Of a DNA stretch of 32,000 bases, positions 1 to 7,753 are shown piece by piece (the stretch's first letter is position 1; each line of letters begins with the position of its first letter). The notes below the pieces were generated by a model. The model saw nothing but the letters and a program-made list of their open reading frames with translations, was not told where the DNA came from and ran no database searches. The DNA lies in NCBI RefSeq assembly GCF_008065095.1, contig NZ_CP042911.1, positions 2,100,001-2,132,000 on the forward strand, written 5' to 3'. The stretch is from Gemmata obscuriglobus. Lineage in GTDB: Bacteria; Planctomycetota; Planctomycetia; Gemmatales; Gemmataceae. The position numbers and the translations under genes were made by a program.

Positions 1-539
1 TGAAGCGGGGCCGGGCAGACGATCAGGATTTTCCGAGTCCGGTGGCGGATAATGAGTTCGAGCGCCACCATGCCCGCCTCAATGGTCTTGCCGAGGCCCA
101 CGTCGTCGGCCACCAGCAGGTTAACCCGTGGCATCTGGATGGCCCGCACCACCGGGTCGAGTTGGTAGTCCTCGATGTCGATGCCACTACGGAACGGGGC
201 CTGAATCGTGCGCACGTCCGCCGACGAGGAAGCGCCCCAACGGACGGCATCAAGGAAGGCGTCGAGTTGTTCGGGCGGATCGAACCCAGTGGGATCGGGC
301 AGGGCGACCTTCTCGACCACCCTGGCCCCCGGCTCAAGTTCCCAAACGACGTTCAGTTCTTCGCCCAGGCCGTCGTCCTCGACCGACGACAGGGTAACGA
401 GGTGCTGCGGCGAGTCCAACCCGGCGTGCAGTCGTTCGGACGGCAGGGTGCTGGCGGATACGTCCGTGACCATCCAGTTGCGGGACCGGACGCTGACCAT
501 CTGGCCCTGTTCGGGGTGTCGAGAGGTTATGGGCGTCAT
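1..539 (-). CDS. SNF2-family (SF2) helicase, N-terminal part; the gene runs off the left edge
   Basis: My own minus-strand translation; the frame is absent from the ORF track because it has no stop inside the window. It reads MTPITSRHPEQGQMVSVRSRNWMVTDV...QAPFRSGIDIEDYQLDPVVRAIQMPRVNLLVADDVGLGKTIEAGMVALELIIRHRTRKILIVCPAPL. 'LLVADDVGLGKT' is the SNF2 motif I context. The ATG at 539-537 is preceded by GGAAGG, and there is an in-frame stop upstream at 698-696. Confidence 0.85.
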   Translation of the reverse strand, partial: MTPITSRHPEQGQMVSVRSRNWMVTDVSASTLPSERLHAGLDSPQHLVTLSSVEDDGLGEELNVVWELEPGARVVEKVALPDPTGFDPPEQLDAFLDAVRWGASSSADVRTIQAPFRSGIDIEDYQLDPVVRAIQMPRVNLLVADDVGLGKTIEAGMVALELIIRHRTRKILIVCPAPL

Positions 540-640
540 CTCGGTCGTGCCTTCCGGTTCGGCGAAAGCGCCGGACTCCGCCGTGATCGGGCCGTTCCCC
601 GCAGCAATCTTTAAAGTGCTGTTCGTGAAGCCCAAGTATC

Positions 641-883
641 CTACGGTGACGAGGGACGCCTCGCCACCGGGAAAGTCGCCCTGTTGCGTCTGTCCTCACG
701 GCTGAAGTACGCCCGCATCCCCTCGATCTGCCCCGGAGCGAACAGCGCCCGCCGCTTGAACACCACGCCCGGCCCCGGCAAGTACCCCGAATCGACGGCG
801 TACCGCAACCGCCACACGGCCACCCCCAGCACCTCCGCCGCCCCTGCATATGTGTAGCACTCCCATTTGTTAACATTCGTCAT
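641..883 (-). CDS. Small helix-turn-helix DNA-binding protein (MerR/excisionase-like)
   Basis: 80-aa ORF. 'YTYAGAAEVLGVAVWRLRYAVDSGYLPGPGVVFKRRALFAPGQIEGMRAYF' has the HTH-plus-wing layout of excisionase/MerR-type binders. It lies directly upstream of the SNF2 gene on the same strand, and an AT-rich divergent promoter region follows at 884-940. Confidence 0.55.
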   Translation of the reverse strand: MTNVNKWECYTYAGAAEVLGVAVWRLRYAVDSGYLPGPGVVFKRRALFAPGQIEGMRAYFSREDRRNRATFPVARRPSSP

Positions 884-940
884 ATTTTCCTCAAAATATT
901 CTCAACTTAACACATATATAGTGGCAAAAGGAGAATTCCG

Positions 941-1303
941 ATGAACTGGTCAGATCATTTCCGTGAGTTGAAGCGTCAGCAGCCCCCCGCCGCCGCACCG
1001 AGGTCGGGGCCGACAAGTGTGCAGTCACTCAGCGACATCCCGCCCGAGGCCACGCCGTTGCAGGTGTTCCGCCTGCCCGTCGAAGTCCTCCGGGTGGACG
1101 AGCGAGTAACGAGGACCGGCGACCCGTGCTACTTCCTGCACGTCCGAGACGCCGACGGACAGAGATTCCCGATTGTCTGCTGGGACTGGCAATGGGCCAA
1201 ACTGAGCGGCAGAATCACGGTTGGTCGAGAAGTGACGCTGGACGTGAAAGTGCCGACAGGCGACTACTTGTCGTTTACGCTGGCCGGAACAGGCGCTTGC
1301 TGA
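941..1303 (+). CDS. Hypothetical protein, possible OB-fold
   Basis: The ATG is preceded by AAAGGAG. The C-terminal half (VFRLPVEVLRVDERVTRTGDPCYFLHVRDADGQRFPIVCWDWQWAKLSGRITVGREVTLDVKV) has a beta-strand periodicity typical of OB folds. The fold call is inference only. Confidence 0.6.
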   Translation: MNWSDHFRELKRQQPPAAAPRSGPTSVQSLSDIPPEATPLQVFRLPVEVLRVDERVTRTGDPCYFLHVRDADGQRFPIVCWDWQWAKLSGRITVGREVTLDVKVPTGDYLSFTLAGTGAC

Positions 1304-1594
1304 AAGTCATGCTGCCGAATTTCCGAAAACCGGAATTTGGCGAACGGGCACTCGATGGGAGCGGCGGGGTCGAAGAGGTGTGCAGAGGTGCGCAGCCCGC
1401 AGAATTAGACTGAAGCGTCCGAAGATCGGCGTCGTTGCGTACCGAACGGTAGAGCAGAGTCGGGCGAAGCAGGTGGCCTGGCAAAACATTAACGTCAATC
1501 AAATTCATTTGTCGATTATGCCCAAGCGATAAATTATTATATCGCCTACACAATTGACTGAGCATTGAGAAGGGATTCAGTAAATAAGATTCTC

Positions 1595-1626
1595 TTGAAA
1601 GATGAGTGATGAATATATAATATAAT
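1595..1626 (+). promoter_or_regulatory. AT-rich sigma70-like promoter candidate pointing into the ORF-free region
   Basis: TTGAAA at 1595-1600 is followed by overlapping TATAAT hexamers at 1616-1621 and 1621-1626. The spacers are 15 and 20 nt, so neither is the ideal 17. It sits in the most AT-rich island (about 1490-1650) of an otherwise GC-rich module. Confidence 0.3.
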
Positions 1627-1649
1627 CTAATTAAATAGCCCCTGAATGG

Positions 1650-2280
1650 CAAGCGAGTCGTGTGCTGTGTGCGACGTTAGCGGCTCTTGCGGGAGAAGCA
1701 AAACACGGTGAAGCCTACTACTGAAGGGCGTGCGAAATGGCTCAGTGCGGATACCGTGTGAACGTGCGACGAACAGACACGGGTTAAAGAATATGGCGAA
1801 CTGCCAAAGGTAAGCTCACTTGCGTGGAACTCAATAGCAAGGACGCCCCTATCCGCCGTGTTGTCGGGGTGAGACGCTACGAACACGTAAATCAACCAGT
1901 GGCGAACAATACGCTCCCGTGCTTCGGCACGGGGTCAATACGCCTTCACTCTGGACAGTTCGAGACGAGCGCAACAAGAGTTACCGGCACCTGCGGTGAA
2001 TCAATGCGGGCGTCCGCCAAAGCCCGGACACCCGCACCGATTGTCTGGTTCAGGTCGGGTTCGCTGGTGAATGTGACATGGTTAATGTTGAGTGTTCCAC
2101 CAGCACAACCCGAACGCAGCGCCGCTCGTGGCAGGCGTCCGGGCTTTGGCGGACGCCTGCCGTTGCTCTCGCCGGAGGCGAGCAAGTCACCCGGGTGACG
2201 CCCACTGACCGGCGCACACCCAGCACACCCAAGCTGAAACGCTGGCGGTGCAATGACCCGATGCGCAGTGCGGGTCACAA
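1650..2280 (+). ncRNA. Candidate large structured non-coding RNA, or an array of regulatory hairpins; family not recognised
   Basis: No protein-like ORF on either strand; the track ORFs here are Arg/Pro/Gly-rich junk. Hairpins: 1916-1933 (7 bp closed by a cUUCGg tetraloop, which is strand-specific for +), 2006-2035 (11 bp, one mismatch), 2130-2161 (12 bp perfect), 2168-2182 (6 bp), 2186-2199 (perfect 14-nt palindrome GTCACCCGGGTGAC) and 2254-2277 (7 bp). Confidence 0.3.
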
Positions 2281-2409
2281 GAGCGGGCTTCCTGCAAGAT
2301 GCACCCGGTACCGCCCGGTTAACAAGTCGGCCGGGGTGCGAACCGGCGCAACTCGACCCGACCGCTTGCTGTTACCGACCAGCGCACACCACCTTCCGAC
2401 CGGCGCACA
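2206..2409 (+). repeat. Three direct copies of CGACC(G/A)GCGCACA
   Basis: tGACCGGCGCACAcc at 2206-2220, CCGACCAGCGCACAcc at 2375-2390 and CCGACCGGCGCACA at 2396-2409. The last two start 21 nt apart, about two helical turns. Confidence 0.6.
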
Positions 2410-2472
2410 TTTTCTCCGTCCGTGACCGAGCCGGGCGGTATGGGCGGCGGTGGTGGGCGGCCGATCAGCAGA

Positions 2473-2682
2473 CTACCGGGGGAGGATGGCGTGAAGCCCC
2501 AGGCCGACCACGAACAGTGTGTAGGCGGCGTGGAACAACTGCTGATCCAGCCCGTCATCCCCGTCCCGCCGAGCCGCACGAGCGTCTGCCTCGATTAGCT
2601 CGGACAACAGGTGAAGGACAGACCCGACTGAGTAGGCCGCAAGCACCTCCCGCAGACGCTCTTTCGCTTCGTCGTCGGACAT
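2473..2682 (-). CDS. Hypothetical small protein (69 aa from the internal ATG)
   Basis: MSDDEAKERLREVLAAYSVGSVLHLLSELIEADARAARRDGDDGLDQQLFHAAYTLFVVGLGLHAILPR. The ATG is at 2682-2680. A GTGACCATAC motif copy lies 58 nt upstream. Confidence 0.45.
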   Translation of the reverse strand: MSDDEAKERLREVLAAYSVGSVLHLLSELIEADARAARRDGDDGLDQQLFHAAYTLFVVGLGLHAILPR

Positions 2683-2740
2683 TGGCGTGAACACCCATCT
2701 TGAGGGGCGTGCCCGAATGTGGGCCGCCACACCAACCGGG

Positions 2741-2753
2741 GTGTATGGTCACC
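2741..2753 (-). promoter_or_regulatory. Conserved upstream motif GGTGACCATACAC, copy 1
   Basis: The plus strand reads gtgtatggtcacc. Read in the sense of the downstream minus-strand ORF it lies 58 nt before the ATG at 2682. Confidence 0.6.
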
Positions 2754-2834
2754 AGGGGCGTAGTGTGCTGGCCAAAAACGTTCAGGACGGCCCGGCGTAA
2801 AGACCGTCCTTCGCCGAGCCGTCCATTGTCCGGG

Positions 2835-3689
2835 TTAAGAGTTAACCGGCACTTGCGTTTCGTCCTTCGCCGCTCCCGCTGCGGCGATCTCCTCCGCCGT
2901 ATCGAGGATCAGCCGCACCGCTTCGCACACCCGCTCCAGCACGGCGCAACACGCCGACACCACGTCCAACCGCTCCGAGAGTGCGTACCCGGCGATGTAC
3001 CGCCACGAGCCGCCCAAATCAGCATCTTCTTCGCTTCCGAGCAGCCGCAACAGAACGGCCGCACCCAACTGCGCCACGGTTTCCGAGCGCCAGTGTTGGC
3101 CCTTTTCCTTCAGGTTTCCGGCCCTGTCGTCGGCGGCATGGACGAGTTCGTGCGCCCACGTCGAGAGGTTCTTGACGCCCAGGCCGATGAGTTGCTTCCG
3201 GCGGTAGAAGCCGTGTCGCCCGCTCCCCTCGCCCTCGAAGACTTCGACCCGCAGCCCCCACTTTCGAGCGACTTCCACCAGCGGGAGCGACTCGACCCAG
3301 CGCTCCGCTTCCGGGTCGGCCGGGGGGAGCGGTGCGCCGTCGGTCTGCCCGATTCCGAACACCGGAATTCCACGAAAGCCGATCAGGATTTCTTTGTCTT
3401 GGCCCGTCTCCTCGTCCTTCACGTTTTTGATGATCGGTGCCAGGATCGTGAGCGATTTTTCGCCCTTCTTCACGAACCGCCCGACGCCCTGCCACTGTCG
3501 GAAGCCCCGTGCGTCGGTGTGCCCGGCCAGCGCCACGAGCAGTTGGTTGCGCCACGACCACTTGCGGCACGGGATGTCGTCGCCCGTCCTGACGAACAGT
3601 GTGGCGAGCGGAGCGGGTAACGCCGTCGGGTTCTCAAACGCCTTCACGATGCCCGCCGCCGCCTCTTCCGCACTGCCGAAGTACTTCAT
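2835..3689 (-). CDS. ardC: ArdC-like antirestriction protein (N-terminal ssDNA-binding ArdC-N domain plus C-terminal HExxH metalloprotease-like domain)
   Basis: 'ALAGHTDARGFRQWQGVGRFVKKGEKSLTILAPI' matches the ArdC-N/DUF1738 pattern. 'WAHELVHAADD' is the HExxH motif. I place the start at the ATG at 3689-3687 (MKYFGSAEEAAAGIV), preceded by GAGGGA; the longer track ORF (to 3932) has a non-protein-like N-terminus. Confidence 0.85.
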   Translation of the reverse strand: MKYFGSAEEAAAGIVKAFENPTALPAPLATLFVRTGDDIPCRKWSWRNQLLVALAGHTDARGFRQWQGVGRFVKKGEKSLTILAPIIKNVKDEETGQDKEILIGFRGIPVFGIGQTDGAPLPPADPEAERWVESLPLVEVARKWGLRVEVFEGEGSGRHGFYRRKQLIGLGVKNLSTWAHELVHAADDRAGNLKEKGQHWRSETVAQLGAAVLLRLLGSEEDADLGGSWRYIAGYALSERLDVVSACCAVLERVCEAVRLILDTAEEIAAAGAAKDETQVPVNS

Positions 3690-3755
3690 GGCCCGTCCCT
3701 CGTGGTCACGCCGCACACCGAACCGCCGGGTGCGAACTGCCTTCGAGGGATGGGG

Positions 3756-3768
3756 GTGTATGGTCACC
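3756..3768 (-). promoter_or_regulatory. Conserved upstream motif GGTGACCATACAC, copy 2
   Basis: The plus strand reads gtgtatggtcacc, 66 nt upstream of the ardC-like ATG at 3689. Confidence 0.6.
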
Positions 3769-3812
3769 CAGAACGGGGGAGGGTTGTTAACGTGCCGGGC
3801 GGAGATCAGCGG

Positions 3813-3825
3813 GCGTATGGTCACG
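3813..3825 (-). promoter_or_regulatory. Conserved upstream motif CGTGACCATACGC, copy 3 (variant)
   Basis: The plus strand reads gcgtatggtcacg, 123 nt upstream of the ardC-like ATG. It is a second tandem copy in the same orientation. Confidence 0.5.
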
Positions 3826-4141
3826 GCGCAAGGAAGAGGTCGAGCGTGCGGAGAACCACGAGGAAGACACGAGGCCATTGTCGCTTGAAGGGCCGGGATC
3901 AGGTTCCGTTCGGTGGAAACGGCTGTGGGCACCCGTCAGGCGCTCGACCGCAAAGTTCATTTGCTGACGAGACGGTTGGGCCGAGTCTGCTTCTCTCACG
4001 ACTTGAATCCGCTCCACTGAGATGGCTTAATGCAGACCGGATCGGAGGAGAGGCAGGCCGTTCGGAGCCAACCGACTCCGCCATCCCATGAGCGCCGGCT
4101 GTGATCCGGCGTCGGATCAAACACTTAACTTGGAGACGACG

Positions 4142-4480
4142 ATGACGAAGCATGAGATTCTAGCCCTGCTTCAGCAGAGCGCCGTGAGTCGGCTGGAGAT
4201 TTCTTACGATAGTTCGGACGATGAGGGCATGATCGACTCGGTGACTTGCTTCGGCCCGGATGGGGCACAGGTTAAACCCACACCCGAAATCAATTCCTTA
4301 GTCGAGGAATTGGTGTGTGAAATGCTCGATGAACAGCAGGGCGGTTGGGAACTGGACGACGGATCGTTCGGCGAGGTCGAGATTGATGTCGAAACAGGAT
4401 TAGCCAGTTTTTCGCACACGGTAAGGGTGATTGATTACTCGGACGAAGACTTTGTGGTGTCGATTCTGGAGGGCAACTAA
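4142..4480 (+). CDS. Hypothetical acidic protein
   Basis: MTKHEILALLQQSAVSRLEISYDSSDDEGMIDSV...; GGAGA lies upstream of the ATG at 4142. Its stop overlaps the next start (TAATG at 4478-4482). Confidence 0.6.
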   Translation: MTKHEILALLQQSAVSRLEISYDSSDDEGMIDSVTCFGPDGAQVKPTPEINSLVEELVCEMLDEQQGGWELDDGSFGEVEIDVETGLASFSHTVRVIDYSDEDFVVSILEGN

Positions 4481-4886
4481 TGGCGCACCCCTACCACCAC
4501 GCCCTCAGCAGCGTCAAGCGGTGGGGCGGGCGGGCCGAGGACTACCAGCCCGTCCACGACTGGTTTGACGCAACGAAGGCGTTCCCGACTTCCGTCACCG
4601 TGCCCTCCGCCACCACGCCGAAGGCATTTTTCAGACGGAAGCGACCTTCGGGCGGACCCTGACCAACTCGGACGGGCGTATCGTTCCGGTCCGCAGGGTC
4701 GGCGAGCAGCACGTCAAGGAAGACCTGGGCCGCATCCCGACGGCCGCCGACTGGCTGAGGGAGATCGCACCCCGGCCGTGGGTGGGCGCTTCTGCCGAGC
4801 GGCTGTCGGACCCGCTCCGGCCCCCTGTGAGACTACCGATCCGCCCACCACCGGCCGGATCGCTCGGGAGGTCCGCTCGTAAATGA
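4480..4886 (+). pseudogene. Frameshifted small conserved gene (N-terminus 'MAHPYHHALSSVKRWGG..DY..VHDWFD', remainder in the -1 frame)
   Basis: Frame 1 (4480-) gives MAHPYHHALSSVKRWGGRAEDYQPVHDWFDATKA and then junk ending at a stop at 4660. The frame opening at 4569 gives GVPDFRHRALRHHAEGIFQTEATFGRTLTNSDGRIVPVRRVGEQHVKEDLGRIPTAADWLREI... with a stop at 4884-4886. Together they read as one protein that I recall as a conserved phage/prophage small-protein family; the name is not certain. The shift must lie within 4569-4584. Confidence 0.65.
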
Positions 4887-5182
4887 CCATGAACCTCATC
4901 GACGCCAAGTGGCGGGCCGCCGAACTGGGGCTGGAAATCCGCTACCCCCGGCGCACGGGTGAGGTGCTGTTCGTGGCCCCCCCCCTGACCCGTGAGCGGG
5001 TGCGTCAGAACGACCGGCGAAAGGGCGCCACCCGAAAGGTCGAGCGGCTCCTCCGCCGGTCGGCCGGGGTTCGGTCCCTATCGCTGCCAGGCCCATCAGA
5101 GAACAGGGATATCGCCGAAAGGCGTCTGACCGGCAACACCGTACCGCACGCTTCCAGCCGGGCAACCGGGGTTAACTTGTAA
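4883..5182 (+). CDS. Hypothetical protein
   Basis: Its ATG overlaps the preceding stop (ATGA at 4883-4886). The N-terminal half is protein-like (MTMNLIDAKWRAAELGLEIRYPRRTGEVLFVAPPLTRERVRQNDRRKGATRKVERLLRR). The C-terminal third is low complexity. Confidence 0.5.
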   Translation: MTMNLIDAKWRAAELGLEIRYPRRTGEVLFVAPPLTRERVRQNDRRKGATRKVERLLRRSAGVRSLSLPGPSENRDIAERRLTGNTVPHASSRATGVNL

Positions 5183-5303
5183 CGAGATCGGCAAGGGCGA
5201 GAGAAAACGTATGAGGGAGGCGAGCCGCACGGTTCGCTCCCCTCAGCAGGTCCGCAAGTATGACAATTCCTCATTACTACCTACGATTGCGAGATGGTAA
5301 CCT

Positions 5304-6233
5304 ATGTCAGACTACATCCAAATTTATCTCGCCAATTTCGGAATACCCGGCTGGAAACCCCAGTTCGAGGTTGTGGGCGAACCGTTGGGCCATCGGGTCA
5401 CGAACGCCCCTCCGGGGTTGATCGCCGCCGCTCGCACCCTTCCGATCGACGCCGGCTACCACGTCTGTACGCACAGCGTCCTGACCGCCAGCCGGGCGCT
5501 TTCGGCCGGTGTGAAAGTGTTTCGACTGTCCCCCCACGAGGCCGACGTGTTGGCCAACTGCGACGCCGACATCAGTGCCGCCGACTACGTGCAGCCGTTT
5601 CCGACCATGTTTTACGCCCTGCCCGAAGAACTCCAGGCGGGCACCGACGGTGAGGGGGAGGGGCGCTGGCCGTTCGTGGCGGTGGACCGGCTCGCACCCG
5701 GCCGGGTGGTGGTGACCGGGTTTATCGCCCGCCCTCCCTACACGGGCGACAGTCGGGCCGTCACTGCCTTTCATATCTACCCGGACGACGAGCGCTCTGT
5801 GGCGGTTAACATTGGCGACACACTCGACCGGAAGACGGCCTCCGTGATCCACATCGCCCTCAACGCCGGTTTGTACCTGAGCGTCCGGGGCACGACCGAG
5901 CGGCACGCCAATCCCGGCCGGGTCAAGGCACTGAAGCGCCGGAAGCGGGAGCAGCACCACGAGTGGCGGGACATTCAGCGCCAGTTGAAGCGGGAGCCAG
6001 TGCTGGTCGAACCGGTGCGTCGGATCGAAATACGGCCCTCTTCTCTCGCCGCTCACGACACCGGGCCTCCGACGGGCCTGCGGCAGCGCCCGCACGAGCG
6101 CCGAGGGCACTTTCGGATGCAGGCGTGTGGGCCTCGGCGGGCGGAGCGCAAACTCGTGTTTATTGAACCGTACGCCGTCGGCGGGAGGCGGGACTTTGGG
6201 GGCACGCACACCGAGTACACGCTCGCCTATTGA
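5304..6233 (+). CDS. Hypothetical protein (309 aa)
   Basis: Its composition is protein-like, whereas the fully overlapping antisense ORF 5307-6305 is Arg/Pro/Gly-rich. It has a basic C-terminal tail (RQRPHERRGHFRMQACGPRRAERKLVFIEPYAVGG). Confidence 0.7.
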   Translation: MSDYIQIYLANFGIPGWKPQFEVVGEPLGHRVTNAPPGLIAAARTLPIDAGYHVCTHSVLTASRALSAGVKVFRLSPHEADVLANCDADISAADYVQPFPTMFYALPEELQAGTDGEGEGRWPFVAVDRLAPGRVVVTGFIARPPYTGDSRAVTAFHIYPDDERSVAVNIGDTLDRKTASVIHIALNAGLYLSVRGTTERHANPGRVKALKRRKREQHHEWRDIQRQLKREPVLVEPVRRIEIRPSSLAAHDTGPPTGLRQRPHERRGHFRMQACGPRRAERKLVFIEPYAVGGRRDFGGTHTEYTLAY

Positions 6234-6274
6234 TGCGCACGAACGGCGGATCGAAGGCCGGTCCGTCGGGTGCC

Positions 6275-6287
6275 GGTGACCATACAG
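6275..6287 (+). promoter_or_regulatory. Conserved upstream motif GGTGACCATACAG, copy 4
   Basis: 58 nt upstream of the ATG at 6346, and followed by the hairpin CACGGG-aggtg-CCCGTG. Confidence 0.6.
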
Positions 6288-6345
6288 CCCAGGGTTCGAC
6301 CGCACGGGAGGTGCCCGTGTCGGCGCAACATCTGGGGATCACAGC

Positions 6346-6690
6346 ATGTTCCTGAAAGCACCGTTCGGATTGCCCGCCGACTTCCTCCGCACGTTCGGCT
6401 ACCCCGGCCAGCGGCGCTACATCGGCCTGTATTGGAGTCCTATGGGCGACGAGGCGTGTTGGGACGACGGCCAGTCCTCGGCGTGCGGTCTGGCGGACAA
6501 CCACTACTATCTGGCCTTCATCCGGCGCAAGGAGGTGTTGGCGTGGCGGGACGAGAACGGCCTCCACCTGGGCAACTCCGAAGAAGAGGCGCAGCACTGG
6601 CTCGTGGTGGACGCCGAGACGTGCGAGGTCTACGCCGCCCACTGGCGGGAGGCACGTCAGGCCGTCATCCGGCAGGAGATTCCCAGTTGA
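6346..6690 (+). CDS. Hypothetical protein (114 aa)
   Basis: GGGGA lies upstream of the ATG. The sequence is protein-like (MFLKAPFGLPADFLRTFGYPGQRRYIGLYWSPMGDEACWDD...). Confidence 0.65.
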   Translation: MFLKAPFGLPADFLRTFGYPGQRRYIGLYWSPMGDEACWDDGQSSACGLADNHYYLAFIRRKEVLAWRDENGLHLGNSEEEAQHWLVVDAETCEVYAAHWREARQAVIRQEIPS

Positions 6691-6813
6691 CCATTCACGG
6701 TCGGATCGACGGCGAATTCCGAAATTCGGAAACCTCTGATGGAGCCGTCGGTCGGAGGCAAGGCAAATCCGTGTCACACGGCCGCCCCACCCAGGCCGCC
6801 GAACGGTTCCACG

Positions 6814-6826
6814 AGTGACCATACGC
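6814..6826 (+). promoter_or_regulatory. Conserved upstream motif AGTGACCATACGC, copy 5
   Basis: 52 nt upstream of the ATG at 6879. Confidence 0.55.
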
Positions 6827-6878
6827 ACTCCCGGTCGCCGAGCGCCTGACGGCTCTCGCTCACCACCGGGAGAGGCCG

Positions 6879-7643
6879 ATGATTCGCTACCTGACCGGCG
6901 TGCGCCACCCCGAACTCGATTCGGTCGCCGCACAGGACGGCGAGTACGGCGTTCGTCCGCCGCTGGGCGTTCTCGTTCAACCCCTCACCGCCTGGTACCT
7001 CCGAGACGCCAGCCAGTTTTACGATTACTGCGGGATCGACAACGGGTGCTTCACGGAAGCCGGTCGGGGCCGGTTCACGATGGCCGGGTACGAACGGCTC
7101 GTGAAGTCGGGGCTGGAGCAGTTCGGCCCGGACCTCCTGTTCGCCACCGCTCCCGACACGCCGTTCGATTGGTCCGCAACCCTGCGCTCGTCCCTGCCGA
7201 CCCTTCAAACCATCCGTCGGTGGCAGTGCCCCGCCGCCCTCGTGTGGCAGGACGGGGCCACGGCCGAGAACATGCCGTGGGATGCTTTCGATGTGGGCTT
7301 CATCGGCGGTTCGACGGAGTGGAAGCTCGGCCCCTACGCCAAGCGGTTAACCGCCGAGGCCCGCAGGCGGGGCAAGCTCGTTCACATGGGACGGGTGAAC
7401 TCGACACGACGGCTCCTCGTCGCCCAGCGGTTCGGGTGCGACACCGCCGACGGAACTTATCTCAAACACGAACTCGCCAAAGGAGTCGATCCGGCGGAAG
7501 CGGTCGGGCGGATGGTCGAGTGGCTGCGGGTGTGTTTCTCGACCGAACAGACCGAGGTCCGGGCCGAACTCGTTCGCTCGTGCCCGATGTTGGCCGACCC
7601 CGAACGGATGAAAGCGCTCCGTCTCGCCGGACTCATCTGGTGA
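6879..7643 (+). CDS. TGT-fold (tRNA-guanine transglycosylase / DpdA-like) TIM-barrel protein, putative nucleic-acid base-exchange enzyme
   Basis: The motif order resembles TGT/DpdA. 'GIDNGCFTE' corresponds to TGT 'TDSGGFQ' (first catalytic Asp). 'GFIGGSTEW' corresponds to 'GxAIGG'. 'LVHMGRVNSTRRLLVAQRFGCDTADGTY' corresponds to 'hLMGVGxP....GxDMFDC' (second catalytic Asp). GGGAGAGG lies before the ATG. Coding confidence is high; function confidence is about 0.4. Confidence 0.7.
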   Translation: MIRYLTGVRHPELDSVAAQDGEYGVRPPLGVLVQPLTAWYLRDASQFYDYCGIDNGCFTEAGRGRFTMAGYERLVKSGLEQFGPDLLFATAPDTPFDWSATLRSSLPTLQTIRRWQCPAALVWQDGATAENMPWDAFDVGFIGGSTEWKLGPYAKRLTAEARRRGKLVHMGRVNSTRRLLVAQRFGCDTADGTYLKHELAKGVDPAEAVGRMVEWLRVCFSTEQTEVRAELVRSCPMLADPERMKALRLAGLIW

Positions 7644-7753
7644 AGCCCGTTGCGCCCGGTTCCGCCCGTCGGAACCGCTCGGCGGCGAAAGTCGTTGCAC
7701 CGAATTGAGAAGTCATTTCCGGCGTGGCGCTCTCCGGCGTCCGCCCCCAGTCC

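Noticed and set aside
1312-1345. Hairpin TTCCG-aaaac-CGGAA after the OB-fold-like ORF, as a terminator
   Set aside because: Only 5 bp pair cleanly, the extension is full of mismatches, and there is no U tract.
5307-6305. 332-aa minus-strand ORF fully overlapping the 5304-6233 plus-strand ORF
   Set aside because: Its Arg/Pro/Gly-rich composition is typical of antisense frames in GC-rich DNA, while the plus-strand product is protein-like. The same reasoning rejects 2700-3620(+), 3019-3570(-), 6160-6933(-), 6815-7708(+), 7633-8346(-), 8297-9139(-), 9678-10874(-), 13572-14147(+), 15540-16220(+), 17727-18566(-), 19214-19993(-), 19525-20313(+, except its last 61 codons) and 19662-20492(-).
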